Assembly: GCA_964247055.1 (NCBI GenBank)
Contig: OZ176057.1
Span: 5,394,001 to 5,458,000, forward strand
Direction: 5' to 3'
Source: Paragordius varius
Taxonomy: Eukaryota > Animalia > Nematomorpha
Length of the DNA: 64,000 bases
The notes below the pieces were generated by a model, which searched no databases, was not told the origin of the DNA, and worked only from the letters and a program-made list of their open reading frames with translations. Positions 10,540-23,780 of the stretch are shown one piece after another. Each line of letters starts with the position of its first letter. Position 1 is the first letter of the stretch. Position numbers and translations under genes: made by a program.

Positions 10540-13500
10540 AAGTTATAAAATTTGCTTAAAGGTTGTTAAAATTTGCTAAAAATCGGTTAAAGTTCTCTTA
10601 AAATTTGCTAAAAATCGGTTAAAATTTTCTAAAAATTTGTTAAAAATCGCTTAAAATTTGCGAAAAATCGGTTAAAATTTGTTAAAAATTGCTTAAAGCT
10701 TTCTTAAAATTTGTTAAAAATCGCTTAAAGTTCCAAAAATCGGTTAAAATTTTCTAAAAATTTGTTAAAAATTCATAAAATTTGTTAAAAATTGGTTAAA
10801 GTTTTGTAAAAATCTGTTAAAAATCGGTTAAAGTTTTCTTAAAATATGTTAAAAATTGGTTAAAATTTGCCAAAAATCGGTCAAAATTTTCTAAAGATAT
10901 GTTAAAAATCGGTTAAAATTTGCCAAAAGTTGGTTAAAATTTCTAAAAATTTGTTAAAAATCGGTTAAAGTTTTCTTAATATTTGTTAAAAATCGGTTAA
11001 AGTTTTCTTAATATTTGTTAAAAATCGGTTAAAGTTTTCTTAATATTTGTTAAAAATCGGTTAAAATTTTCTAAAAATTTGTTAAAAATGGCTTAAAGTT
11101 TTGTAAAAATTTGTTAAAAATCGGTTAAAGTTTTGTAAAAATCTGTTAAAAATCGCTTAAAGTTTTGTAAAAATCTGTTAAAAATCGGTTAAGGTTTTGT
11201 AAAAATTTGTTAAAAATCGGTTAAAATTTGCCAAAAATTTGTTAAAAATCGATTAAAATTTGCCAAAAATTTGTTAAAAATCGGTTAAAGTTTGCCTAAA
11301 AATTTTCTAAATATTTGTTTAAAATTGGTTAAAGTTTTCTTAAAATTTGCCAAAAATCGGTTAAAGTTTTCTTAAAATATGTTAAAAATCGGTTAAAGTT
11401 TTCTTGAAATTTGTTACAAATCGGTTAAAGTTTTGTAAAAATCTGTTAAAAATCGGTTAAAGTTTTTTTAAATTTGTTAAAAATCGGTTAAAGTTTTGTA
11501 AAAATTTGTTAAAAATCGGTTAAAATTTTCTTTAAATTTGTTAAAAATCGGTTAAAATTTGCCAAAAATCGGTTAATTTCTTAAAATTTGCCAAAAATCG
11601 GTTAAAGTTTTCTTAAAATTTGCCAAAATCGGTTAAGGTTTTCTAAAGATATGTTTAAAATCGGTTAAAATTTTCTAATTGTTAAAAATCGGTTAAAGAT
11701 TTGTAAAAATTTGTTAAAAATCGCTTAAAGTTTTGTAAAAATCTGTTAAAAATCGCTTAAAGTTTTGTAAAAATCTGTTAAAAATCGGTTAAGGTTTTGT
11801 AAAAATTTGTTAAAAATCGGTTAAAATTTGCCAAAAATTTGTTAAAAATCGGTTAAAGTTTGCCTAAAATCGGTTAAAATTTTCTAAATATTTGTTTAAA
11901 ATTGGTTAAAGTTGTCTTAAAACTTGTTAAAAATCGCTTAAAGTTTTCTTGAAATTTGTTAAAAAATTTTCTAAAAATTTGTTAAAAATCGGTTAAAGTT
12001 TTGTAAAAATTTTTTAAAAATCGGTTAAAGTTTTCTTGAAATTTGTTAAAAATCGGTTAAAGTTTTGTAAAAATTTGTTAAAAATCGGTTAAAGTTTTCT
12101 TAAAATTTGTTAAAAATCGGTTAAAGTTTTCTTAAAATTTGTTAAAAATCGGTTAAAGTTTTCTTAAAATTTGCCAAAAATCGGTTAAAGTTTTCTTAAA
12201 ATATGTTAAAAATCGGTTAAAGTTTTCTTGAAATTTGTTACAAATCGGTTAAAGTTTTGTAAAAATCTGTTAAAAATCGGTTAAAGTTTTCTTAAATTTG
12301 TTAAAAATCCATTAAAATTTGCCAAAAATCGGTTTAAGTTTTCTTAAAATTTGCCAAAAATCGGTTAAGGTTTTCTAAAGATATGTTTAAAATCGGTTAA
12401 AGATTTGTAAAAATTTGTTAAAAATCGCTTAAAGTTTTGTAAAAATCTGTTAAAAATCGCTTAAAGTTTTTTTAAATTTGTTTAAAATTGGTTAAAGTTT
12501 TCTTGAAATTTGTTACAAATCGGTTAAAGTTTTGTAAAAATCTGTTAAAAATCGGTTAAAGTTTTTTTAAATTTGTTAAAAATCGGTTAAAGTTTTGTAA
12601 AAATTTGTTAAAAATCGGTTAAAATTTTCTTTAAATTTGTTAAAAATCGGTTAAAATTTGCCAAAAATCGGTTAATTTCTTAAAATTTGCCAAAAATCGG
12701 TTAAAGTTTTCTTAAAATTTGCCAAAATCGGTTAAGGTTTTCTAAAGATATGTTTAAAATCGGTTAAAATTTTCTAATTGTTAAAAATCGGTTAAGGTTT
12801 TGTAAAAATTTGTTAAAAATCGGTTAAAATTTGCCAAAAATTTGTTAAAAATCGGTTAAAGTTTGCCTAAAATCGGTTAAAATTTTCTAAATATTTGTTT
12901 AAAATTGGTTAAAGTTGTCTTAAAATTTGTTAAAAATCGGTTAAAGTTTTCTTAAAATTTGTTAAAAATCGGTTAAAGTTTTCTTAAAATTTGTTAAAAA
13001 TCGGTTAAAGTTTTCTTAAAATTTGCCAAAAATCGGTTAAAGTTTTCTTAAAATATGTTAAAAATCGGTTAAAGTTTTCTTGAAATTTGTTACAAATCGG
13101 TTAAAGTTTTGTAAAAATCTGTTAAAAATCGGTTAAATTTTTCTTAAATTTGTTAAAAATCGGTTAAAATTTGCCAAAAATCGGTTTAAGTTTTCTTAAA
13201 ATTTGCCAAAAATCGGTTAAGGTTTTTTAAAGATATGTTTAAAATCGGTTAAAATTTTCTAATTGTTAAAAATCGGTTAAAGATTTGTAAAAATTTGTTA
13301 AAAATCGCTTAAAGTTTTGTAAAAATCTGTTAAAAATCGCTTAAAGTTTTGTAAAAATCTGTTAAAAATCGGTTAAGGTTTTGTAAAAATTTGTTAAAAA
13401 TCGGTTAAAATTTGCCAAAAATTTGTTAAAAATCGGTTAAAGTTTGCCTAAAATCGGTTAAAATTTTCTAAATATTTGTTTAAAATTGGTTAAAGTTGTC

Positions 13501-13965
13501 TTAAAACTTGTTAAAAATCGCTTAAAGTTTTCTTGAAATTTGTTAAAAAATTTTCTAAAAATTTGTTAAAAATCGGTTAAAGTTTTGTAAAAATTTGTTA
13601 AAAATCGGTTAAAGTTTTCTTGAAATTTGTTAAAAATCGGTTAAAGTTTTGTAAAAATTTGTTAAAAATCGGTTAAAGTTTTCTTGAAATTTGTTAAAAA
13701 TCGGTTAAAGTTCTCTTAAAATTTGTTAAAAATCCGTTAAAGTTTTCTCAAAATTTGTTAAAAATCGGTTAAAATTTGTTAAAAATCGCTTAAAGTTTTC
13801 TTAAAATTTGTTAAAAATCCGTTAAAGTTTTCTTAAAATTTGTTAAAAATCCGTTAAAGTTTTGTAAAAATTTGTTAAAAATCCGTTAAAGTTTTGTAAA
13901 AATTTGTTAAAAATCGGTTAAAATTTGCCAAAAAATTTTCTAAAAATTTGCTAAAAATCGGTTTA
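10540..13965. repeat. Satellite A, ~32-bp unit (TTAAAAATCGG-TTAAAGTTTTC-TTAAAATTTG) built of 10-11-bp subunits, with higher-order duplications
   Basis: Read directly; a distinctive variant block at about 11570 recurs at about 12670. Confidence 0.97.
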
Positions 13966-14539
13966 AAATATGCATATATCCAAATTTTGTAGCTAATAAT
14001 AATTGTCTAAAAATCGGAAAGTTAAAAAAATTCTTAAATTGTAAATATTAATTCGCTCAATTCGGCAAAATTGCTTAAGAAAAATGCCCGCAAATTGGTT
14101 TTTTAGATAATCACACACAAAACATATCATTCATTCTTAAATAGCGTTTTTTTAATTATTATATTGTATCGTTTATATTTATCATTTTATATATTTTCTT
14201 TATTTTTTTTTAGAATGTGTTGCCTCAATCAATTATTTGGACAAAACTGAAACGAATCATAAATGAAAAAATTTTGGCTTGATATTTAGGAATTTGGTAA
14301 TTTTTTTACAGTTTAATAATTCAAATAAGTAATTTATTATTATATTTATATTAAACTGTAAAAATTTATTTATTTAATTATATACTTACGAATAGTTAAT
14401 AAAACAGTTATTAAAATATTTTTTAAATCAATTGTTTTTTTATTTGAGTTGTTTTGATATTTCAGTTTTTTTAATTTATCAGTTATTTTTATTTAGGAGA
14501 TATTAATTTATTAAGCAGTTTTTTTAATTATGATTTTAA

Positions 14540-17500
14540 TAATAAGCAGTTGTATTAATTAATCATTTGTTATTAATTAGTTGTTTTTATTAATTAGTTG
14601 TTTTTATTAATTAGTTGTTTTTATTAATTAGTTGTTTTTATTAATTAGTTGTTTTTATTTAGCAGTTGTTTTAATTAGTTGTTTTTATTGATCAGTTGTT
14701 TATATTGATCAGTTGTTTATATTGATCAGTTGTTTTTATTAATCAGTTGTTTTTATTAATCAGTTGTTTTAATTAATCAGTTGTTTTAATTAATCAGTTG
14801 TTTTAATTAATCAGTTGTTTTAATTAATCAGTTGTTTTAATTAATCAGTTGTTTTAATTAATCAGTTATTTTAATTAATCAGTTATTTTAATTAATCAGT
14901 TATTTTAATTAATCAGTTATTTTAATTAATCAGTTATTTTAATTAATCAGTTATTTTAATTAATCAGTTATTTTAATTAATCAGTTATTTTAATTAATCA
15001 GTTGTTTTTATTGATCAGTTGTTTTTATTAATTTTTATTAATCATTTTAATTAATCAGTTTTTTTTATTAATCAGTTGTTTGTATTAGACAGTTGTTTTA
15101 ATTAATCAGTTGTTTTTATTAATCAGTTGTTTTTATTAATCATTTGTTTTTATTAATCAGTTGTTTTTATTAATCATTTGTTTTTATTAATCATTTGTTT
15201 TTATTAATCATTTGTTTTTATTAATCATTTGTTTTTATTAATCATTTGTTTTAATTAATCATTTGTTTTTATTAATCAGTTGTATTAATAAATCAGTTGT
15301 ATTAAATAATCATTTGTTTATTAATCAGTTGTTTTAATTAATCAGTTGTTTTAATTAATCAGTTGTTTTAATTAATCAGTTGTTTTAATTAATCAGTTGT
15401 TTTAATTAATCAGTTGTTTTATTTAATCAGTTGTTTTATTTAATCAGTTGTTTTATTTAATCAGTTATTTTAATTAATCAGTTGTTTTTATTAATTTTTA
15501 TTAATTATTTTAATTAATCAGTTTTTTTAATTAATCACTTGTTTTAATTAATCACTTGTTTTAATTAATCACTTGTTTTAATTAATCACTTGTTTTAATC
15601 AGTTGTTTTATTTAATCAGTTGTTTTATTTAATCAGTTGTTTTATTTAATCAGTTATTTTAATTAATCAGTTGTTTTTATTAATTTTTATTAATTATTTT
15701 AATTAATCAGTTTTTTTAATTAATCAGTTTTTTTAATTAATCAGTTGGTTTTATTAATCAGTATTAATCAGTTGTTTTTTTAATCAGTTATTTTAATTAA
15801 TCAGTTATTTTAATTAATCAGTTGTTTTTATTAATTTTTATTAATCATTTAATTAATCAGTTTTTTTTATTAATCAGTTGTTTGTATTAGACAGTTGTTT
15901 TTATTAATCATTTGTTTTTATTAATTAGTTGTTTTTATTAATCATTTGTTTTTATTAATTAGTTGTTTTTAATAATCATTTGTTTTTATTAATCAGTTGT
16001 TTTTAAATAATCAATTGTTTTTATTAATCAGTTGTTTTTATTGATCAGTTGTTTTTATTGATCAGTTGTTTTTATTAATCAGTTGTTTTAATTAATCAGT
16101 TGTTTTAATTATCAGTTGTTTTAATTATCAGTTGTTTTAATTATCAGTTGTATTAATTATCTAATTAATCAGTCAGTTGTTTATATTAATCATTTGTTTT
16201 TATCAATCAGTTGTTTGTATTAGACAGTTGTTTTAATTAATCAGTTGTTTTTATTAATCATTTGTTTTTATTAATCAGTTGTTTTTATTAATCAGTTGTT
16301 TTAAATATCAGTTGTTTTAATTATCAGTTGTTTTAATTAATCAGTTGTTTGTATTAGACAGTTGTTTTAATTATCAGTTGTTTTAATTATCAGTTGTTTT
16401 AATTATCAGTTGTTTTAATTATCAGTTGTTTTAATTATCAGTTGTTTTAATTATCAGTTGTATTAATTATCAGTTGTTTTAATTAATCAGTTGTTTTTAT
16501 TTATCAGTCAGTTGTTTTAATTAATCATTTGTTTTTATTAAGTTGTTTGTATTAGACAGTTGTTTTAATTAATCAGTTGTTTTTATTAATCAGTTGTTTT
16601 TATTAATCAGTTGTTTTTATTAATCATTTGTTTTTATTTTTCATTTGTTTTTATTAATCAGTTGTTTTTATTAATCAGTTGTTTTAAATATCAGTTGTTT
16701 TAATTATCAGTTGTTTTAATTATCAGTTGTTTTAATTATCAGTTGTTTTAATTATCAGTTGTATTAATTATCAGTTGTTTTAATTATCAGTTGTTTTAAT
16801 TAATCAGTTGTTTTTATTAATTTTTATTAATCATTTAATTAATCAGTTTTTTTTATTAATCAGTTGTTTGTATTAGACAGTTGTTTTTATTAATCATTTG
16901 TTTTTATTAATCAGTTGTTTTTATTAATCATTTGTTTTTATTAATCAGTTGTTTTTATTAATCATTTGTTTTTATTAATCATTTGTTTTTATTAATCATT
17001 TGTTTTTATTAATCATTTGTTTTTATTAATCATTTGTTTTAATTAATCATTTGTTTTTATTAATCAGTTGTATTAATAAATCAGTTGTATTAAATAATCA
17101 TTTGTTTATTAATCAGTTGTTTTAATTAATCAGTTGTTTTAATTAATCAGTTGTTTTAATTAATCAGTTGTTTTAATTAATCAGTTGTTTTATTTAATCA
17201 GTTGTTTTATTTAATCAGTTGTTTTATTTAATCAGTTATTTTAATTAATCAGTTGTTTTTATTAATTTTTATTAATTATTTTAATTAATCAGTTTTTTTA
17301 ATTAATCACTTGTTTTAATTAATCACTTGTTTTAATTAATCACTTGTTTTAATTAATCACTTGTTTTAATCAGTTGTTTTATTTAATCAGTTGTTTTATT
17401 TAATCAGTTGTTTTATTTAATCAGTTATTTTAATTAATCAGTTGTTTTTATTAATTTTTATTAATTATTTTAATTAATCAGTTTTTTTAATTAATCAGTT

Positions 17501-20095
17501 TTTTTAATTAATCAGTTGGTTTTATTAATCAGTATTAATCAGTTGTTTTTTTAATCAGTTATTTTAATTAATCAGTTATTTTAATTAATCAGTTGTTTTT
17601 ATTAATTTTTATTAATCATTTAATTAATCAGTTTTTTTTATTAATCAGTTGTTTGTATTAGACAGTTGTTTTTATTAATCATTTGTTTTTATTAATTAGT
17701 TGTTTTTATTAATCATTTGTTTTTATTAATTAGTTGTTTTTAATAATCATTTGTTTTTATTAATCAGTTGTTTTTAAATAATCAATTGTTTTTATTAATC
17801 AGTTGTTTTTATTGATCAGTTGTTTTTATTGATCAGTTGTTTTTATTAATCAGTTGTTTTAATTAATCAGTTGTTTTAATTATCAGTTGTTTTAATTATC
17901 AGTTGTTTTAATTATCAGTTGTATTAATTATCAGTTGTTTTAATTAATCAGTCAGTTGTTTATATTAATCATTTGTTTTTATCAATCAGTTGTTTGTATT
18001 AGACAGTTGTTTTAATTAATCAGTTGTTTTTATTAATCATTTGTTTTTATTAATCAGTTGTTTTTATTAATCAGTTGTTTTAAATATCAGTTGTTTTAAT
18101 TATCAGTTGTTTTAATTAATCAGTTGTTTGTATTAGACAGTTGTTTTAATTATCAGTTGTTTTAATTAATCAGTTGTTTTAATTATCAGTTGTTTTAATT
18201 ATCAGTTGTTTTAATTATCAGTTGTTTTAATTATCAGTTGTATTAATTATCAGTTGTTTTAATTAATCAGTTGTTTTTATTAATCAGTCAGTTGTTTTAA
18301 TTAAACATTTGTTTTTATTAATCAGTTGTTTGTATTAGACAGTTGTTATAATTAATCAGTTGTTTTTATTAATCAGTCAGTTGTTTTAATTAATCATTTG
18401 TTTTTATTAATCAGTTGTTTTAATTAATCAGTTGTTTTAATTAATCAGTTGTTTTTATTAATCAGTCAGTTGTTTTAATTAATCATTTGTTTTTATTAAG
18501 TTGTTTGTATTAGACAGTTGTTTTAATTAATCAGTTGTTTTTATTAATCAGTTGTTTTTATTAATCATTTGTTTTTATTTTTCATTTGTTTTTATTAATC
18601 AGTTGTTTTTATTAATCAGTTGTTTTAAATATCAGTTGTTTTAATTATCAGTTGTTTTAATTATCAGTTGTATTAATTATCAGTTGTTTTAATTAATCAG
18701 TCAGTTGTTTATATTAATCATTTGTTTTTATTAATCAGTTGTTTGTATTAGACAGTTGTTTTAATTAATCAGTTGTTTTTATTAATCATTTGTTTTTATT
18801 AATCAGTTGTTTTTATTAATCAGTTGTTTTAAATATCAGTTGTTTTAATTATCAGTTGTTTTAATTAATCAGTTATTTGTATTAGACAGTTGTTTTAATT
18901 ATCAGTTGTTTTAATTATCAGTTGTTTTAATTAATCAGTTGTTTTAATTATCAGTTGTTTTAATTATCAGTTGTTTTAATTATCAGTTGTTTTAATTATC
19001 AGTTGTTTTAATTATCAGTTGTATTAATTATCAGTTGTTTTAATTATCAGTTGTTTTAATTAATCAGTTGTTTTTATTAATCAGTCAGTTGTTTTAATTA
19101 AACATTTGTTTTTATTAATCAGTTGTTTGTATTAGACAGTTGTTATAATTAATCAGTTGTTTTTATTAATCAGTCAGTTGTTTTAATTAATCATTTGTTT
19201 TTATTAATCAGTTGTTTTAATTAATCAGTTGTTTTAATTAATCAGTTGTTTTTATTAATCAGTCAGTTGTTTTAATTAATCATTTGTTTTTATTAAGTTG
19301 TTTGTATTAGACAGTTGTTTTAATTAATCAGTTGTTTTTATTAATCAGTTGTTTTTATTAATCATTTGTTTTTATTTTTCATTTGTTTTTATTAATCAGT
19401 TGTTTTTATTAATCAGTTGTTTTAAATATCAGTTGTTTTAATTATCAGTTGTTTTAATTATCAGTTGTTTTAATTATCAGTTGTTTTAATTATCAGTTGT
19501 ATTAATTATCAGTTGTTTTAATTATCAGTTGTTTTAATTATCAGTTGTATTAATTATCAGTTGTTTTAATTAATCAGTCAGTTGTTTTAATTAAACATTT
19601 GTTTTTATTAATCAGTTGTTTGTATTAGACAGTTGTTATAATTAATCAGTTGTTATAATTAATCAGTTGTTTTTATTAATCAGTTGTTTTTATTAATCAT
19701 TTGTTTTTATTTTTCATTTGTTTTTATTAATCAGTTGTTTTTATTAATCAGTTGTTTTAAATATCAGTTGTTTTAATTATCAGTTGTTTTAATTAATCAG
19801 TTGTTTGTATTAGACAGTTGTTTTAATTATCAGTTGTTTTAATTAATCAGTTGTTTTAATTAATCAGTTGTTTGTATTAGACAGTTGTTTTAATTATCAG
19901 TTGTTTTAATTAATCAGTTGTTTTAATTAATCAGTTGTTTTAATTAATCAGTTGTTTTAATTAATCAGTTGTTTTTATTAATCAGTTGTTTTTATTAATC
20001 AGTTGTATTAATAAATCAGTTGTATTAATTAATCAGTTGTTTTAAATAATCAGTTGTTTTAATTAATCAGTTGTTTTAATTATCAGTTGTTTTTT
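14540..20095. repeat. Satellite B, 16-17-bp unit (TTAATCAGTTGTTTT(T/A)A), about 5.5 kb
   Basis: Hundreds of copies with locally homogenised variants. A ~1.77-1.79-kb higher-order duplication is visible (15301/17089, 15536/17307). Confidence 0.97.
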
Positions 20096-20774
20096 CAAAT
20101 AATATTCACCGGCTCTTTTTATAATTCATTTTTTTATATACATGTTTTATTAATATTCTACAGTTGTATTTAATTAATAAATCAGCTGTTTTTGTCACTT
20201 TTAAATCATAAATCTTTAATTGATAAAAATGTTTTGAAATATTTATGTGGTTTAAAACATATGGTTTCATAATACATCTAAATTAAACAATTAAACATTA
20301 TATTTTAACAAATACAGGTGGTATAAAAGAAAACTTTCAAAATAATTTTGCAAGCGAAAAAAACTTTATTTTTATTAATGATAATTAAAATTCCTAAAAT
20401 TGATTTTTAAAAGATAGTTGATTGAATATTTAATGGGGAAAGTTTAAACATTTTTAATGGCGTTTATCGTATAAATTAACCTTATATATTCATATAATGT
20501 AACAAATCTCAAACAGATTAAATATATTTATTCCATAATTTATTTTAGAACATTTGCCTTAATTTCCGCAAAAACTGAAAGGAATCAAAAAGAAGACGTT
20601 ATTTCGAATTTTCCAAAATATATGGTAATTATTTTTACTTTTTTTAAACAATTGATTTTTAAAATTTTGCAGTTAATTATAATAAATAATTTTTACTAAA
20701 AATGCTATTTTTTACAAATACATTCTTATTTTTTTAAATTCATCTTGTAAAAGAATTTAATATATATATATATA

Positions 20775-21125
20775 TATAAACCGCAAAAGTCAGCCGTTTA
20801 GTTTTGCACTAATGAATTTAAATCCTAAAACTCTTTAAAAACCACTTTAAACTCTTTAAAAAAGCGATATTTTTTTAAATAAAAATTTTTTCTAAAAACT
20901 ACTAAACTAAAAAAGGCTAAATTTTTTTAAAAAGGCCATAATATTTTTAAATCAAAAAATGCGCTGAAATTTTATAAAAACTACTAAAATTATCTAAAAG
21001 CCATTTTTTAAAAAAGACACGAATATTTTTTTAAAACCCACTAAAATCTTCTGAAAACCGCCAAAAGTCTCTAAAAGTCGCTAATTTTTCTCAAAACTGC
21101 AGAATTATTGATTTTTTTCGCAAAA
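20775..21125. repeat. Degenerate satellite C-like relic (also about 23285-23690)
   Basis: Scattered AAAAACC(G/A)CTAAAA units at roughly 10-bp spacing. Confidence 0.6.
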
Positions 21126-22996
21126 ACACGTCACAACTGTTGATTTTATTAATTTCATTATTTTAACCGATTGTTAACCATTAAATAGCGTTTTTTGTAA
21201 AATAATTATTTAATGTTTTATTTTTTTAATTTAGAATATGTTGCCTCAATTATTTGCGCAAAACTAATAAGAAAATTATAGCTAGAATATTTGGGGATTG
21301 GGTAATTACTATTTGCACTTTATTGTTTAATCATTTTTTAATCACCAATTGTTTTACTTATTCAGTTGTTTTTATAAGTTTTGTTTCACGTGTTTAATCT
21401 ATCGTTTATTAATAAGTTTATCAATTGTTTTTATTAGAATAAATTTTATTCGTTTTATGAAAATTTTTTTTGATCATTCAATTATTTTACATTTTTTTTA
21501 TTTTGATATAGATAAATGTGTTGTTTCTAAATTTTGCTACTCAAAAACGCTAAGGAAACGTAATGAAAAAGCTTAATTGAATATTAAGGATCGATTTGGT
21601 AATTATATATAAATTATTAATTTTTAAAACATACATATATTGACTAATTAAATATTTTATTATAAATTGATTAATTATTCAAAATAATTAGTTGATATTA
21701 ATAATACTTTATATATATATATAAAACACAATTGATTTTAAAACATGGCTTATAACTTTATTAAAAACGACTGTCTAATCATAAAACTCTTATTTATTAA
21801 TCAGCTGATAAAATTGAACAAAATAAATGATTTTTTATTTAATCAGTAGTTTTGATAATACACCTTATTTAGTTAAAAATAAATATTTAGCTAAGATTAT
21901 TAATAAATAATTAATTTTATTTAAATTAGGGGCCAAATTTTAAGTAAAAACCTTCTAAACCTTATTATTTTTTTACAAAATCAACTGATTTTTAGTTTGA
22001 TATAATTAACCGCAAAAGTTGTTTATATTGATAATCTATTTTTAAAATTTTTAAACTTTTTAAAAAAGTTTTTTTGTTTTAAACTGCAAAGCCCGCTTTT
22101 CTACTAATTATTAATTTTTATCAAAAATCTTTACATAAAGTTATAATTGTTCCTTTAATTTTTATTGCAAAATAAAAACATTATTTTGTTATATATATCC
22201 ATTTTTATGGATCAGTTAGTTTTTTTTCAAATAAGATATTTATATTTTGGATCCTAAATTACAATATATATTTGAATTGATGATTTACTATTTAACTTTA
22301 TATCTTATTTTTAGGAAACAATATAGTAACCTTTGATTGCTGGCTGCCATATCCGTTAAACTATTTAGGTATATATTTTTCATTACTTTTCAATTTAATT
22401 ATGCATTTTATTTGAATGTTTTTATCTCTTTTTTTAATTTTTTAATTCTATAACATTGTTACTAATTATGAGAGGGGGGAATATTGATTACAAAAAAGTT
22501 TTGAATCATTTAAATTTATTTCTTTGTCGTATTATTTTAAATAAATAACCCCAATTCATAATTGGTGAAACACTTTTTTCAGTGGACTTTAATAAATAAG
22601 ACAAAATGCACTTAACATTGGACCTTTCTTTTGATTTGTTTTTATAAAAAAAACTTTGAAATGTTTTATTATTTTGCTATCTACATCTTGACCCTTTTGT
22701 ATTACATATCATCAACACTTTAAATAATTTTTATTAATCTTGTACATTTCTTTAATTTAATTTGTCAGAATATCTTTGATTATGTATAATTTTATTTTTT
22801 CTCTTAAATTTAGTGGTTCTTGATCTAGAAATATCCTAAATTTTTTTCCAATGGCAAACTTTTGTTGGCCTACTGTAATATTCCTCAATATTAAAACACA
22901 AAACAATAATGTTTATTATTTTCCCTTCCACATGTAAATGCATTTATGTATGTTTTTTAATGGACAAGATTTCGGAATATTTGCAATATTACATTT

Positions 22997-23780
22997 AGGT
23001 TTCGAGTATGTGGGCTAGGGTTAGGGTGAGGGATTGGAGTTGGTTTATTTTCGCATTTCTTTTCATTTGATAATTGTGAATTTTCTTATAGTTAACAATT
23101 GATTTTGAATTAAGAGTTTATTTAAAAACCGGAATCTTAAATAAATGATAAACCTGTCAATATATACATTAGGATTTTATGGCTCATTATAAAGTTTATT
23201 TAAGGTTTTCGAGTTTGTGGTTTAGGTTAGGGGATTAATCGTTTATTATAGAATCCGATTTATTTTTAAAAATCTAAATCTAGCTAAAATCATAATTTTA
23301 CAGGTATTTTTGGAACAAATAAAAATCGTTAAAACTTTCTACAGCTAAAAAAATTTAAAAACCGGTTAAACTAAAAACATTAAATTCTTCTAAAAAACAC
23401 GATCTAAAAAAAGACACACAAAAAACACTAAAACTTTCTAAAACCAGTAAAATTTTTAAAAATTGCTAAGTTTTTTTAAAAAACACTTTGAAATTCTCTA
23501 AAAAACCGCTAAAATTTTTCAAAAATCAGTAAATTTTTTCAATGAATACCAAAATTTTTTTAACAAGATATTCAAAAAACATCAATAAAACTTTTTAAAC
23601 AAACAGTTGCAAAAAGCACCAAATCATAACAAATCCAAGTCTATAAAATCCTCTAAAAACCCCTAAATTTTGTAAATACCGTATTAATAATTTCCACAAA
23701 AATATGTCAATTGTTTAATTAACAATGCAAGGTTAAATGATTTTGACTTTGTGGGCTAGAGTTAATGTGAGGGATTATAG
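22997..23780 (-). mobile_element. Right cluster (U1): truncated copies 22997-23059, 23201-23240, 23741-23780
   Basis: TTTCGAGT(A/T)TGTGGGCTAGGGTTAGGGTGAGGGATTGG on the plus strand, which is the reverse complement of the element. Confidence 0.7.

Larger units (their letters stand above)
9250..22368 (+). ncRNA. Putative spliced long non-coding (or micropeptide) gene hosting satellites, unit 1
   Basis: Exons ~9250-9349, 9376-9529, 14214-14296, 21235-21301 and 22315-22368 have canonical GT-AG sites (26-nt first intron). The longest ORF found is 57 aa (9282-9481), and frames are not conserved with the U2 paralog. Confidence 0.5.

Noticed and set aside
14540-20095. CRISPR array
   Set aside because: Contiguous monomers without unique spacers, no cas genes, and a eukaryotic context.
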